64,000 bases of DNA, from the NCBI GenBank assembly GCA_035480235.1, contig DATIHX010000008.1, forward strand, positions 26,845 through 90,844, given 5' to 3'. The number at the start of each line of letters is the position of its first letter. Position 1 is the stretch's first letter. The position numbers were made by a program, and so were the translations under genes. This stretch comes from Candidatus Saccharimonadales bacterium (GTDB lineage Bacteria > Patescibacteriota > UBA1384 > 2-12-FULL-50-11). Of the stretch, positions 36,085 through 46,288 are shown one piece after another. The notes below the pieces were generated by a model, which saw nothing but the letters and a program-made list of their open reading frames with translations, was not told the DNA's origin and did no database searches.

Positions 36085-37323
36085 ATGGCACGAGATAATC
36101 TTTTAGTCGGTGTGGATATTGGCAGCTCGAAAATTGCCGTTTGTGTCGGCACGATGACCGAGGACGGCCTGCAAATTGTGGGAATCAGCGCTGTAACGCA
36201 CACTGGATTACGCAAAGGCGTGGTGACCGACCTGGAAGAAACGGTTAGCGCGATTTCCCACGCTCTGGAAGAAGCCGAGCGGATGGCCGGTACCAATTTA
36301 GCCCACGCTTACGTCGCCATTAACGGCGCCCACATCGAATCAAGGTTAGCCAAGGGGATTGTGGCGATCTCCAAACCGAACGGCGAGATCGACCAGAACG
36401 ACGTGGAACGAGTGCTGGACGCGGCCCGAACCGCTACATTGCCGCAAAACCACGAACCGATTCACGTTTTTCCGCTGCATTTTATTGTTGACGGCCAAAG
36501 TGACGTCCGCGACCCGGTCGGGATGACGGGGATTCGCTTGGAAGTGGAGGCCTTAATTGTCAGCGCCTCGGCCGCCGCCAGCCGCAACCTAACCAAAGCC
36601 GTTTACCAGAGCGGGCTGGAGATCGACGGCCTAGTCTTTGGGCCGCTAGCCACCGCCAAAGCCATCACCAGCAAAAAACAGCGCGAAAGCGGCGTGGCCT
36701 TGGTAGATTTCGGTGCCGGCTCCACTAATATCGCCATTTTTGAAGAGGGCCAAGTGATCGATGCGATTAGTATCCCGATCGGCTCAATGCATATCACTAA
36801 TGACATCGCCATCGGCTTGCGAACCAATTTAGATGTGGCCGAGACCATTAAAATGAAATACGGGACGGTACTGCCGGACGGGGTTCGGGATAGCGACCAA
36901 ATTAACCTTTCAACCTTGGATCCCGGCGAATCGGATAAGGTTTCCCGCAAACAAGTGGCGGAAATTATCGAGGCCCGGGTACTGGAAGTTTTCCATCTGA
37001 TTAAAGAGCGCTTGCAAGAGATCGGGAAAGATGGTTTACTGCCGGCAGGCTTGATCTTTACCGGCGGCGGTAGCGAGCTAGAGGGGCTAACGGAATTGGC
37101 TCGGCAAAATCTCCATTTACCGGCTCAAGTGGGGTTCCCCGTAGTGCCGATGAGCGGAATTGTTGACAAGATCGATAGCCCGTTATACGCTACCAGCGTT
37201 GGGTTAGTGCTCTGGGCACTCGAAGAACACCCAGACACAAGCGCACCTTTATGGCAAGGATTCGGGAAATTTGGGGGGGTATTTGACCGATTCAAGGGCA
37301 TACTGAAAAATTTCACAAACTAA
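36085..37323 (+). CDS. ftsA: Cell division protein FtsA
   Basis: DIGSSKI, GLRKGVV, P.GM.G.RLE, DFGAG, TGGG motifs; upstream of ftsZ. Confidence 0.96.
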   Translation: MARDNLLVGVDIGSSKIAVCVGTMTEDGLQIVGISAVTHTGLRKGVVTDLEETVSAISHALEEAERMAGTNLAHAYVAINGAHIESRLAKGIVAISKPNGEIDQNDVERVLDAARTATLPQNHEPIHVFPLHFIVDGQSDVRDPVGMTGIRLEVEALIVSASAAASRNLTKAVYQSGLEIDGLVFGPLATAKAITSKKQRESGVALVDFGAGSTNIAIFEEGQVIDAISIPIGSMHITNDIAIGLRTNLDVAETIKMKYGTVLPDGVRDSDQINLSTLDPGESDKVSRKQVAEIIEARVLEVFHLIKERLQEIGKDGLLPAGLIFTGGGSELEGLTELARQNLHLPAQVGFPVVPMSGIVDKIDSPLYATSVGLVLWALEEHPDTSAPLWQGFGKFGGVFDRFKGILKNFTN

Positions 37324-37346
37324 CTAGATTGGTGAATTGGCTTTAA

Positions 37347-38630
37347 ATGGACAGGGATAGTTTAGATACCTTCGCAAATATTAAAGTCTGTGGCGTCGGC
37401 GGTTCCGGTGGGAACGCGATCGCCCGGATGATTGCCGCCCGGGTTCGGGGGGTAGAGTTTATTGCGATCAATACCGACGCTCAGGCGCTCATTAATAACC
37501 CGGCGCCGACCAAGGTGCAGATCGGTAAAGAAACGACGCGCGGCTTAGGGGCCGGGGCCGATACCGAAGTTGGCCGCAAGTCCGCCGAAGAAAATAAAGA
37601 CGAGATTTACGAGGTGCTGAAAGGCGCCGATATGGTGTTCGTCACTTTTGGTGCCGGCGGCGGTACCGGTACTGGCGCCGCCCCGATGGTGGCTCAGATC
37701 GCTCGTGAGCTCGGTGCGCTAACCGTTGGCGTCGTCACCAAGCCGTTCAGCTTTGAAGGCCTCCGCCGGAAAAAGATGGCCGAATTCGGCATCGAGGATT
37801 TGCGCGATAAAGTCGACACGTTAATTACGATTCCCAACGACCGGTTGCTGCAGGTGATCGACAAAAAAACCTCATTGCCGGACGCTTTCGGTATTGTGGA
37901 CGACATTTTGCGCCAAGGCGTCCAGGGCATTTCCGATTTAATTATTATCCCCGGTATTATTAACGTCGACTTCGCCGACGTCCGAACAATTATGAAAGAC
38001 GCCGGTTCGGCCTTGATGGGCATCGGCCGAGCCTCGGGCGAGAACCGAGCGATTGAAGCGGCCCGCCAAGCCATTGACTCGCCGCTGCTGGAGCTCTCCA
38101 TCGACGGCGCGATGGGTATTTTGTACAACATCACCGGCGGGCCCGACATGACGATGTATGAGGTAGAAGAGGCTTCTAAAGCCATCACCGAAGCCGCCCA
38201 CCCCGAAGCCAATATTATCTTTGGCGCCATTGTGGATGACGCGATGAGTGGTGAAATTAAAATTACCGTTATCGCCACTGGTTTTGAAACCGAGATGCAA
38301 AAGGCGCCGCCGAAACGCCGCAGCTCTGGCACCAGTGAAGAAGGGATTGGCTTCCACTCGCCGCTGGCCGATGTGCCGATGAATCCGTCGCCATCGATTC
38401 CGTTTTTTGGCCGCGACAGACAGGTGCCGCCGCAACAAACCTATCAGCCGCCAACCCCATACCAGCCAGACGAGCCAGATTACGATTTACCAGCCGCGCC
38501 GCCGCGCCGCGCTGAGCGCCGCAACCCCGTCGAGCCGCCAAAACCGCTGGCCCCGCCACCCCGCGCCAACCAAGAAGACGACGGCGACGATCTGGACGTG
38601 CCAGCGTTTATCAGACGGAAGTTGCGGTAA
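37347..38630 (+). CDS. ftsZ: Cell division protein FtsZ
   Basis: [24 protein letters not shown]-terminal DVPAFIR. Confidence 0.98.
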   Translation: MDRDSLDTFANIKVCGVGGSGGNAIARMIAARVRGVEFIAINTDAQALINNPAPTKVQIGKETTRGLGAGADTEVGRKSAEENKDEIYEVLKGADMVFVTFGAGGGTGTGAAPMVAQIARELGALTVGVVTKPFSFEGLRRKKMAEFGIEDLRDKVDTLITIPNDRLLQVIDKKTSLPDAFGIVDDILRQGVQGISDLIIIPGIINVDFADVRTIMKDAGSALMGIGRASGENRAIEAARQAIDSPLLELSIDGAMGILYNITGGPDMTMYEVEEASKAITEAAHPEANIIFGAIVDDAMSGEIKITVIATGFETEMQKAPPKRRSSGTSEEGIGFHSPLADVPMNPSPSIPFFGRDRQVPPQQTYQPPTPYQPDEPDYDLPAAPPRRAERRNPVEPPKPLAPPPRANQEDDGDDLDVPAFIRRKLR

Positions 38631-38669
38631 GAAAAGGACCGGTTAACGGCCCTTGGAATTAACTTGAGT

Positions 38670-39197
38670 TTATTCAGCTAGGACTAGCGGCGGCGAGAAG
38701 TGTCCAAGCAAACCGCCTCGATACTCTGAGTGGAAGGGGAGATTTATTTCGGTTGCGGAGCAGAAAATTGATTCATCGCCACCAAACCACTCGAACCCCT
38801 TTGAAGACTTGCTTTTGTGTGGATCGAGTCTATTGCGGTACCTCATACCGTCCATTTCGAATTCCATCGGCCCAAGGCCATTCAACCAAGCCCCGTGCCT
38901 TTTCCATCGTTCAAAAGCTTCCTCTAATGCAAATGCTCTCAAGGCGAGAACATTTTGGTCATTTTTCACGCACCAACCATGTAAATCCATATACCAAAGA
39001 GGTACAGAGTCCTTGGTAATAATTGTTCTCTCTAGCTTACACTCCATCGCTGCTGGCAGTCTTATGTGAGTGAAACTAAGACTCCCCTTGACGTACACTT
39101 GACCGCCCACGAGCGTCTCTTGTATCTTCCCCGAGCGTGACCGTCTCATTCCCAGAAAATAGAACTCTTGCAGCTCTAAGATTTCACCGCTATTCAT
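38670..39197 (-). CDS. DUF5680-like hypothetical protein (orphan cassette)
   Basis: W.M...G, GP.EF...G..Y.N, F.G.E.I, Y.GG.L pattern; AAGGAG SD before ATG at 39197. Confidence 0.6.
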   Translation of the reverse strand: MNSGEILELQEFYFLGMRRSRSGKIQETLVGGQVYVKGSLSFTHIRLPAAMECKLERTIITKDSVPLWYMDLHGWCVKNDQNVLALRAFALEEAFERWKRHGAWLNGLGPMEFEMDGMRYRNRLDPHKSKSSKGFEWFGGDESIFCSATEINLPFHSEYRGGLLGHFSPPLVLAE

Positions 39198-39301
39198 GTG
39201 CAGCTCCTTCAAAGCCTCGCTTTGTTACTCGTATTTTAATACAACTCTGGAAACCGATCAACTCGTTATACAAACAAATACCGTACAAAACATATGCTAG
39301 T

Positions 39302-39316
39302 GAACAATACCCGAAC
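39302..39316 (-). promoter_or_regulatory. Third putative LexA box (GTTCGGGTATTGTTC) upstream of nrdJ
   Basis: 13/15 match to the lexA/dinB box, reverse orientation. Confidence 0.55.
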
Positions 39317-39404
39317 AATTATGTGGTTTTTGCCCTTGACGGCCAGGTAAACCGTTATGCTAGGGTGAAAAAAGTGTAAGCAAAATAACGGGAGGTGAAA
39401 AGGG

Positions 39405-42400
39405 ATGGCGAAGGGACAAAGTGAGAATCGAGCGGCCGAAATTGCGTTGCAACCGGTGGAAATTTCCATCGAATTGCCGGGTAACGAAGCGAAAAAGAAA
39501 AAGACCGGTTTGAAGGTTAATCGCCGCTACACCAAGCCAGGTGAAGACGTCTTTGGTCAAATCGCTTGGGAAAAACGGACCTCGTTAATCACCGACGAAA
39601 AGGGCAACGTTATCTCCCAAATTACCGACCTGGAAATCCCTTCTACTTGGTCGCAGCTGGCCACCGATATTATCGCTTACAAATACCTCCGCAAGGCCGG
39701 CGTCCCCACGCCAGAAGGCCGGGAAACTTCCGCTAAACAGGCCGTTTACCGGATCGCTCACACGATGGCCGATTTCGGCGAAAAGTTCGGCTACTTTGCC
39801 ACCAAAGAAGACCGTCAGACCTTTGAAGACGAGCTAACCCATCTATTAATCAACCAAAAGGCCGCTTTCAATTCGCCGGTTTGGTTTAACTGCGGTTTGT
39901 ATCACCAATATAAAATTGAGGGCTCGGGCGGCTCGTTCTACTGGGACTTCAAAGAAGACAAAGTCTTGCCAGTGAAATACGGCTATCGCAACCCGCAGTG
40001 TTCGGCTTGCTTTATTTTAGCCGTCAAAGACACGCTGCCCGGCATTTTCGACGCTTTGAAAACCGAATCGCACATCTTTAAGTACGGTTCCGGTTCGGGC
40101 GCCAATTTCTCCACCTTACGGAGTAAATACGAAAAACTTTCGGGCGGCGGCACTAGCTCGGGCATGATGGCTTTTTTGCGGGTTTTTGACCGCGGCGCTG
40201 ACGCCGTTAAATCCGGCGGTACCACCCGCCGAGCGGCCAAAATGGTGGTGGTGAATATGGACCACCCCGAGATAGTAGAATTTATTAACTGGAAAGTTAA
40301 CGAAGAGAAAAAAGTTCAAGCCTTAATTAATGAAGGTTACTCGGCGGATTTTAACGGCGAAGCTTATCACACCGTTTCGGGCCAAAACGCCAACAACTCG
40401 GTGCGAATATCTGATGAATTTATGAAGGCCTACGAGCAAGACGGCGAGTGGAGCACCGTTTTCAAAACGACCGGCCAGGTCCACAAAACCTACAAAGCCC
40501 GGGAGATGATGGATATGATCGCCAACGCCGCTTGGCAGTGCGCCGACCCGGGGGTGCAGTTTGACACGACGATTAACGAGTGGCACACGTCTCCTAACAC
40601 TGATCGGATTAACGCTTCGAACCCGTGTTCGGAGTATATGTTCCTAGACGAAAGTGCTTGCAACCTGGCGTCGATCAACCTGGCAAAATATATTAATGAA
40701 GACGGCCAGTTTGACGTGGCTGGCTACCGCCACGCCGCCAGGATCATGTTCATCGGCCAAGAAATTGCCGTAGACTTGTCGAGTTACCCAACCGACCCAA
40801 TCGCCAAGAACTCCCACGATTACCGCCCGCTCGGCCTGGGCTACGCCAACCTTGGGACGCTTTTGATGCTCCGCGGCGTGCCGTACGACTCGCCAGAAGG
40901 TGCCGCTATCGGCGGGGCGTTAACGGCCATCATGACCGGCCACGCCTATAAGACTTCCGCGGAGATGGCCGCTGTTAAAGGCCCGTTCGCTGGTTTTATG
41001 AAAAACCGGGCGCCGATGCTGAATGTGATGAAGAAACACCGGGCGGCCGCTTACCGGATCAACGAAAAATACTGCCCAACCGAGATGTTGAACGCCGCTC
41101 ATCAGGACTGGGACGAAGCGGTAGCGTTAGGCGAGCAATTTGGTTACCGGAACGCCCAGGCCACGGTGATCGCCCCAACCGGCACGATCGGTCTTTTGAT
41201 GGACTGCGACACCACCGGCGTGGAACCGGACTTTGCCTTAGTGAAGTTCAAAAAACTGGCCGGCGGCGGCAGCATGAAAATCGTCAACAACGCCGTGCCA
41301 AAAGCCTTAAGTAACTTGGGTTACAATCCTGAACAGCAAAAAGAAATTATCGACTACGCTTTGGGCACTGGCACCTTGAACGGCAACACACCAATCAACC
41401 GGACATCTTTGCTAGCCAAGGGCCTAACCGACGTTGAACTGGACGCTGTGGAAAAAACTTTGCCAACCGCTTTCGACATTAACTACAGCTTCAACCGCTA
41501 CGTGCTGGGCGACGCCGCCATGGAGAAACTGGGCATTACCGCCAAAGACGAAGAGAAAAGCGACTTTTCCGTTTTGCGGAAGCTCGGCTTCGCTGAGTCG
41601 GAAATCAACCAGAGTAATGAGAAAATTTGCGGCACCCAGATGCTGGAAGGCGCCCCAAACCTGAAAAAAGAACACTACGCCGTGTTTGACTGCGCCAATA
41701 AGTGCGGCCAACGGGGGACCCGTTACATCGAAGCGATGGGCCACGTCCGGATGATGGCGGCCGTCCAGCCGTTTATTTCTGGAGCGATCTCTAAAACTAT
41801 CAACCTGCCGAACGACGCCACGGTGGAAGACGTAAAAAATGTCTATATTCAGTCGTGGAAACTCGGGCTGAAAGCCTTGGCACTGTACCGCGACGGCTCC
41901 AAACTTTCCCAACCGTTGAACGCCAGCCGCGACAAAGACGTTGAAGACAAAGAGGCCGCGCCGGTCGTTGCCGCCGTTAATGGCGTCCCGCACCGCCGCC
42001 GAATGCCGGACGACCGCCAAGCCATCACCCACAAATTCCGGATCGCTGGCCACAAAGGCTACATAACGGTTGGCTTGTTCGAGGACGGAACGCCGGGCGA
42101 GATCTTCATCACCATGGCTAAGCAGGGCAGCTTGATCTCGGGCCTGATGGACGCTTTCGCCACCTCGTTCTCGATCTCTTTGCAGTACGGCGTGCCGCTC
42201 TCGATCTGGGTGAGGAAATTTATCAACAGCCACTACGAACCGTACGGTTTTACGAGTAACCCGCAGATCCGGATCGCCAAATCGTTCACCGACTACATCG
42301 TCCGCTACCTGGCCATTAAGTTCTTAAGCAATGAAGAGCTAGATGAGCTAGGGATTAAAGTAGAAGGCGCCGGCCCGGCTCAAGCGGCCTTGTTTGAAGT

Positions 42401-42638
42401 ACCCCAACCGCCAGTGAGTGAAGCGAAAACCGTAGCCGCGCCAGAAGTACTGGCAACCGATCCGCTGCCAGTCGGTACAGCGGTAGAGAGCACGAGCGGT
42501 TTGCCGGAAGAACTGCCGGTGATGCCGGCCGCCCAAAGCGACGCGCCACCTTGCGCCACTTGCGGCTCAATGACCACCAAAACCGGCACCTGCTACACCT
42601 GCCTCTCCTGTGGCTCCACCACCGGCGGCTGCTCGTAG
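39405..42638 (+). CDS. nrdJ: Vitamin B12-dependent (class II) ribonucleotide reductase
   Basis: FNSPVWFN, QCSACFI, SNPCSE, APTGT, TSCPD-like C-terminal domain, terminal Cys cluster. Confidence 0.95.
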   Translation: MAKGQSENRAAEIALQPVEISIELPGNEAKKKKTGLKVNRRYTKPGEDVFGQIAWEKRTSLITDEKGNVISQITDLEIPSTWSQLATDIIAYKYLRKAGVPTPEGRETSAKQAVYRIAHTMADFGEKFGYFATKEDRQTFEDELTHLLINQKAAFNSPVWFNCGLYHQYKIEGSGGSFYWDFKEDKVLPVKYGYRNPQCSACFILAVKDTLPGIFDALKTESHIFKYGSGSGANFSTLRSKYEKLSGGGTSSGMMAFLRVFDRGADAVKSGGTTRRAAKMVVVNMDHPEIVEFINWKVNEEKKVQALINEGYSADFNGEAYHTVSGQNANNSVRISDEFMKAYEQDGEWSTVFKTTGQVHKTYKAREMMDMIANAAWQCADPGVQFDTTINEWHTSPNTDRINASNPCSEYMFLDESACNLASINLAKYINEDGQFDVAGYRHAARIMFIGQEIAVDLSSYPTDPIAKNSHDYRPLGLGYANLGTLLMLRGVPYDSPEGAAIGGALTAIMTGHAYKTSAEMAAVKGPFAGFMKNRAPMLNVMKKHRAAAYRINEKYCPTEMLNAAHQDWDEAVALGEQFGYRNAQATVIAPTGTIGLLMDCDTTGVEPDFALVKFKKLAGGGSMKIVNNAVPKALSNLGYNPEQQKEIIDYALGTGTLNGNTPINRTSLLAKGLTDVELDAVEKTLPTAFDINYSFNRYVLGDAAMEKLGITAKDEEKSDFSVLRKLGFAESEINQSNEKICGTQMLEGAPNLKKEHYAVFDCANKCGQRGTRYIEAMGHVRMMAAVQPFISGAISKTINLPNDATVEDVKNVYIQSWKLGLKALALYRDGSKLSQPLNASRDKDVEDKEAAPVVAAVNGVPHRRRMPDDRQAITHKFRIAGHKGYITVGLFEDGTPGEIFITMAKQGSLISGLMDAFATSFSISLQYGVPLSIWVRKFINSHYEPYGFTSNPQIRIAKSFTDYIVRYLAIKFLSNEELDELGIKVEGAGPAQAALFEVPQPPVSEAKTVAAPEVLATDPLPVGTAVESTSGLPEELPVMPAAQSDAPPCATCGSMTTKTGTCYTCLSCGSTTGGCS

Positions 42639-42698
42639 GGGAAAGTTTCAAAAGGGGACTCTCGCCAAGCGGGTCCTGCTTTTGATACAAGGAGGTTA

Positions 42699-43247
42699 AT
42701 GGCTAAAATCTATACTCGTGGCGGCGATAAAGGCCAAACTGGTTTGCCGGGCGAGCGGCGGGTGAGTAAAACCGATCAGCTATTTGAAGTGTTGGGCTTC
42801 TTAGATCAAACCAACGCCCAGATCGGGCTGGCAATTAGTCTGGCGCGGCAAGAAAAAGACGAAAATCCAGTACCCACACTGGAAAGAGTGCAAAGAATGT
42901 TGCTAACTATTGGTTCGGCGCTGGCCAGCGAGGCTGGATTTCAAGAGACGATCCTCCAAAAATTGACCACCGAAGTAACGTGGATGGAGGGGGTGATAGA
43001 CAAGCTCGATGAAGAGTTGCCTCTGCTGAGAAACTTCATACTAGTTGGCGGCACGCCGGCTGGCGCCACGCTTCATTTGGTGCGAACGAGCGTCCGGCAG
43101 ACCGAGCGGCAATTCCACCGGTTGGGCGGGAAGCAAAAGCCGGCTGAAGCCGCTCAATACTTAAACCGCCTCAGCGACTTCTTTTTCCAGATTGCCCGGT
43201 ACTACAACTTTAAGCACAACCGCAAAGAGGCCATCTGGAAACCCTAA
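42699..43247 (+). CDS. ATP:corrinoid adenosyltransferase (PduO type)
   Basis: IYTRGGDKGQT.L, R..ER, YLNRLSD motifs. Confidence 0.93.
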   Translation: MAKIYTRGGDKGQTGLPGERRVSKTDQLFEVLGFLDQTNAQIGLAISLARQEKDENPVPTLERVQRMLLTIGSALASEAGFQETILQKLTTEVTWMEGVIDKLDEELPLLRNFILVGGTPAGATLHLVRTSVRQTERQFHRLGGKQKPAEAAQYLNRLSDFFFQIARYYNFKHNRKEAIWKP

Positions 43248-43304
43248 ACTAGAATTCGCCGTAAAGCACTTGACTGGTGAGAAAATATGTCGTACAATGT
43301 CCCC

Positions 43305-43498
43305 GTACATTAGAAGAGTTTTTTACGAGGTTAGTAGTACCGAGATGGGGCCCGATCCCCTCCCGTGGTTCTCGTCCCGGTACTACCAACTTCGTAAAAT
43401 GAACCGACTTCACCTAGCTCGGCCTCGGGCCTTTGGTGTAACTGCCGGGCCCCGTGTTTTGACGATCAGCTTCTAGTCAACACGGCGGCCCTTTTTTT
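43305..43498 (+). ncRNA. Putative structured RNA or attenuator in the B12 cluster
   Basis: TTGACT-17-TACAAT promoter, 79-nt rod at 43321-43399, terminator at 43447-43498. Confidence 0.55.
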
Positions 43499-43527
43499 GC
43501 GCAAAAAATTTGGTAATGTGAAAACTC

Positions 43528-44067
43528 ATGGGGGAAACACCAAAGCCAACGGCTTTTTTATTGACGATTCTAGCGATATTCGGCCGTCTGTTGCCACACC
43601 CACCAAACTTCACGCCGCTGACTGGCGCGACGCTGTTTGGTGGCAGTAAACTCAGCCGTCCGCTTAATTATTTATTACCGCTCGGGGTGCTATTTCTGAC
43701 CGACTTTTTTTTGGGTTGGCACAAAACCATGCCTTACGTCTACGGTAGTTTTTTGCTGATCGCCGTGATGGGGGAGTGGGGCTTGAAAAAATCGTCGAGC
43801 CTCGGGCGAGTGGCCCTGTTTAGTTTAGCAAGTTCAGTTTTATTTTTTGTTATTACGAATTTTGGAGTTTGGCAAGTTGGTGGCTTGTACCCACATACAC
43901 TCATCGGCTTGAGCCAATCGTATATTATCGCTCTGCCATTTTTCCGAAACACGATACTGGGCGATTTGGTATTTTCAATGGGCTTTTTCGTGTTATACCA
44001 ATGGGCCGAGAATCGAGTGGTGGTCGCGAGATTTGACAAGAAAATTTTAAACTGGCTAGTTAGTTAA
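43528..44067 (+). CDS. DUF6580-type membrane transport protein (probable cobalamin S-component)
   Basis: RLLPHPPNFTP, FF.ITNF.VW, LPFFRNT..GD motifs; about 6 TM helices; context. Confidence 0.75.
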   Translation: MGETPKPTAFLLTILAIFGRLLPHPPNFTPLTGATLFGGSKLSRPLNYLLPLGVLFLTDFFLGWHKTMPYVYGSFLLIAVMGEWGLKKSSSLGRVALFSLASSVLFFVITNFGVWQVGGLYPHTLIGLSQSYIIALPFFRNTILGDLVFSMGFFVLYQWAENRVVVARFDKKILNWLVS

Positions 44068-44077
44068 AAGGAGGGAA

Positions 44078-44362
44078 ATGGCAGAACCGCAGGTAAAATT
44101 GATAGACTTTTGGGCCGCTTGGTGCGGGCCGTGCAAAGTAATGAATCCGATCATTGAAGAAATTGAGGCTCAGTTCGCGGGTAAAATTGTGGTTGAAAAG
44201 ATTGATGTTGACGCGACTGAAAACCAAGAAGCGGTGGCTAAATATCGAGTAATGGCGATGCCAACGTATTTTGTTGTAAAAAATGGTGAGGTATTCGAAC
44301 AATTTGTCGGCGCTCAGAGTAAGACCACCCTTATTAACTCCATCAACAAAGCCCTTGGCTAA
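44078..44362 (+). CDS. trxA: Thioredoxin
   Basis: DFWAAWCGPC, MPT cis-Pro loop. Confidence 0.92.
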   Translation: MAEPQVKLIDFWAAWCGPCKVMNPIIEEIEAQFAGKIVVEKIDVDATENQEAVAKYRVMAMPTYFVVKNGEVFEQFVGAQSKTTLINSINKALG

Positions 44363-44392
44363 CAAACCGGAAACGGATCATACTGCGTAGAG

Positions 44393-45526
44393 ATGCGACA
44401 GTGGGCTATTAAAAGTACTCGAATTGCCTATCAGTCGTTCCTGAAACCCGCCTTCTTCCAACAGAATCCTGAAGCTGTTCACCATCGAATTACTCGATTT
44501 GGGGAGAACCTGGGACGGAGCCAATTCTGGAAAAACGTCATCGGCCGACTCTTCAACGCAAGCAACCCAAAGTTGAGCCAAAAAGTTGCTGGGGTTGTAT
44601 TTAGTAACCCGATCGGGCTGGCAGCAGGTTTTGATTACGAAGCACGATTAACTCAAATCTTGCCGTTCATGGGCTTTGGTTGGCAAACAATTGGAACAAT
44701 TACAGCTCTGGCTAGCGGTGGCAACGCTTCGCCGCAGCTTGGCCGGCTACCCATCTCAAAATCGCTAATGGTTAACAAGGGCTTCCGAAACCTAGGGATA
44801 ACTCAGACGCTAATAAGATTGCGTGGGCTACGGTTCGTGCGGCCGGTTGGAATTTCGATCGGCCGCACCAATAACCCAGCTGTTGCGACGCTAGAGGCTT
44901 CAGTTAAAGATATCGTAACCAGCTTTCGCGAGGTAGAAAAGAATCGCGTCCCTTTTAGCTATTACGAGCTAAATATCAGTTGCCCAAATTTAGGAAAAGG
45001 CGCAAGTTTCTACGAAGTAAAAAACTTACGCGTCCTACTGACCCAACTCGATAAACTCAAACTCAGTCAGTCGGTCTTTATTAAAATGCCAATCACTCAA
45101 CCAAACGAAGTGGTCCAGCAACTACTTAAAGAAATCTGCCGCCACTCCATTACCGGGATAATTATCGGCAACGTCCAAACGGACCGAACGGTGCCCAGCC
45201 TCGACCCGGGCGAAGTTGCCAAATTCAAGATGGGCAATTTTAGCGGTAAGCCAACCCAAGCTCGGTCGGACGAGCTAATTGCGTTAGCGTACAAAAATTT
45301 TGGCAAAAAATTAGTGATCGTTGGCTGCGGCGGCGTTTTTAACGCCGAAGACGCTTACCAAAAAATCCAACTCGGTGCGACGCTTATTCAGATGATCACT
45401 GGCCTAATTTTTGAAGGCCCACAAGTTGTAACGGAAATTAACCTTGGGCTACTGAAGCTGCTGGAGCGCGACGGCTATAGAAATATCAGCGAAGCAATTG
45501 GGACTGAGACCTACTCGAAGCCTTGA
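44393..45526 (+). CDS. pyrD: Dihydroorotate dehydrogenase (class 2-like)
   Basis: PEAVH, NPIGLAAGFD, NISCPN, SGKP, GCGGV motifs. Confidence 0.88.
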   Translation: MRQWAIKSTRIAYQSFLKPAFFQQNPEAVHHRITRFGENLGRSQFWKNVIGRLFNASNPKLSQKVAGVVFSNPIGLAAGFDYEARLTQILPFMGFGWQTIGTITALASGGNASPQLGRLPISKSLMVNKGFRNLGITQTLIRLRGLRFVRPVGISIGRTNNPAVATLEASVKDIVTSFREVEKNRVPFSYYELNISCPNLGKGASFYEVKNLRVLLTQLDKLKLSQSVFIKMPITQPNEVVQQLLKEICRHSITGIIIGNVQTDRTVPSLDPGEVAKFKMGNFSGKPTQARSDELIALAYKNFGKKLVIVGCGGVFNAEDAYQKIQLGATLIQMITGLIFEGPQVVTEINLGLLKLLERDGYRNISEAIGTETYSKP

Positions 45527-45581
45527 GCACGTTCTAAAAATTTGGTAGACTAACCGCAGTCTCAAATATGAGGGGGAATTA

Positions 45582-46253
45582 ATGAAAGTCGTACCTTTAA
45601 TCCATGGGATTGGAGCGGGAAATAACAAAGACCGAATCGAAACAATCGGCAATGATGTGTACGTCAAAGCGGTTTATAACGCTCTGCTGGCACTGGTAAA
45701 AAACGGGGACCAACTTGAAGACGGTCACGTTTTGGGCTGGCAACAGGACAGTACTGGTGTCCGCGAGGCCACTGCCTTCAAGAACGCATTCGTCAACGAG
45801 GCTAGGGAGCAGAAAGCGATTGCTATTCACCGACACGAATCGCACATGCCAATCTGCCGAGATCACGAATGCCTCGAAAAGTTTGGACTCAACCTTGAAT
45901 GCATCGAAGGGCCAAACTCGCTGGAGGCGATCGTCGAATGGGCGGACAAATTCAGCAATAAGGAACCAGGCGCGCTGTTGATTACCGACGAAGTTCGGCG
46001 GATGACGGCAATCTGCGAGCTCCGTTACTTCTGCGGCTGGAGCGAAATCGATGCAACGAAGTTTGTCCTTGGTTTGCCCAGGCCTGATAGCTGTTTCAAG
46101 AGCCTGCCTTACTGGCAAGCAGCCAAACAACGAGAGATACGAAAGTACATCCACTCGTGTAAAGACAACCATCTGAAGCCAACGTTAGAGGGATTCAGCG
46201 AGTATTCGATATTCGACTACCGGGATCACAATCTGAAAACCCCGATCGTCTAA
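45582..46253 (+). CDS. Hypothetical protein (orphan cassette)
   Basis: GAGGGG SD, TAGACT -10, terminator at 46261-46287. Confidence 0.7.
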   Translation: MKVVPLIHGIGAGNNKDRIETIGNDVYVKAVYNALLALVKNGDQLEDGHVLGWQQDSTGVREATAFKNAFVNEAREQKAIAIHRHESHMPICRDHECLEKFGLNLECIEGPNSLEAIVEWADKFSNKEPGALLITDEVRRMTAICELRYFCGWSEIDATKFVLGLPRPDSCFKSLPYWQAAKQREIRKYIHSCKDNHLKPTLEGFSEYSIFDYRDHNLKTPIV

Positions 46254-46288
46254 GTAGCCCGCCGCGGAAGCAAGTCTGCGGCTTTTTA

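Noticed and set aside
39280-39330. Tandem NrdR boxes upstream of nrdJ
   Set aside because: Only loose matches to the acaCwAtATaTwGtg consensus, with indels needed
43305-43498. Canonical cobalamin riboswitch or 4.5S SRP RNA
   Set aside because: It lacks B12-box/GCCACTG motifs and the SRP CAGG..GGAA..AGCA motif; retained as an unknown RNA
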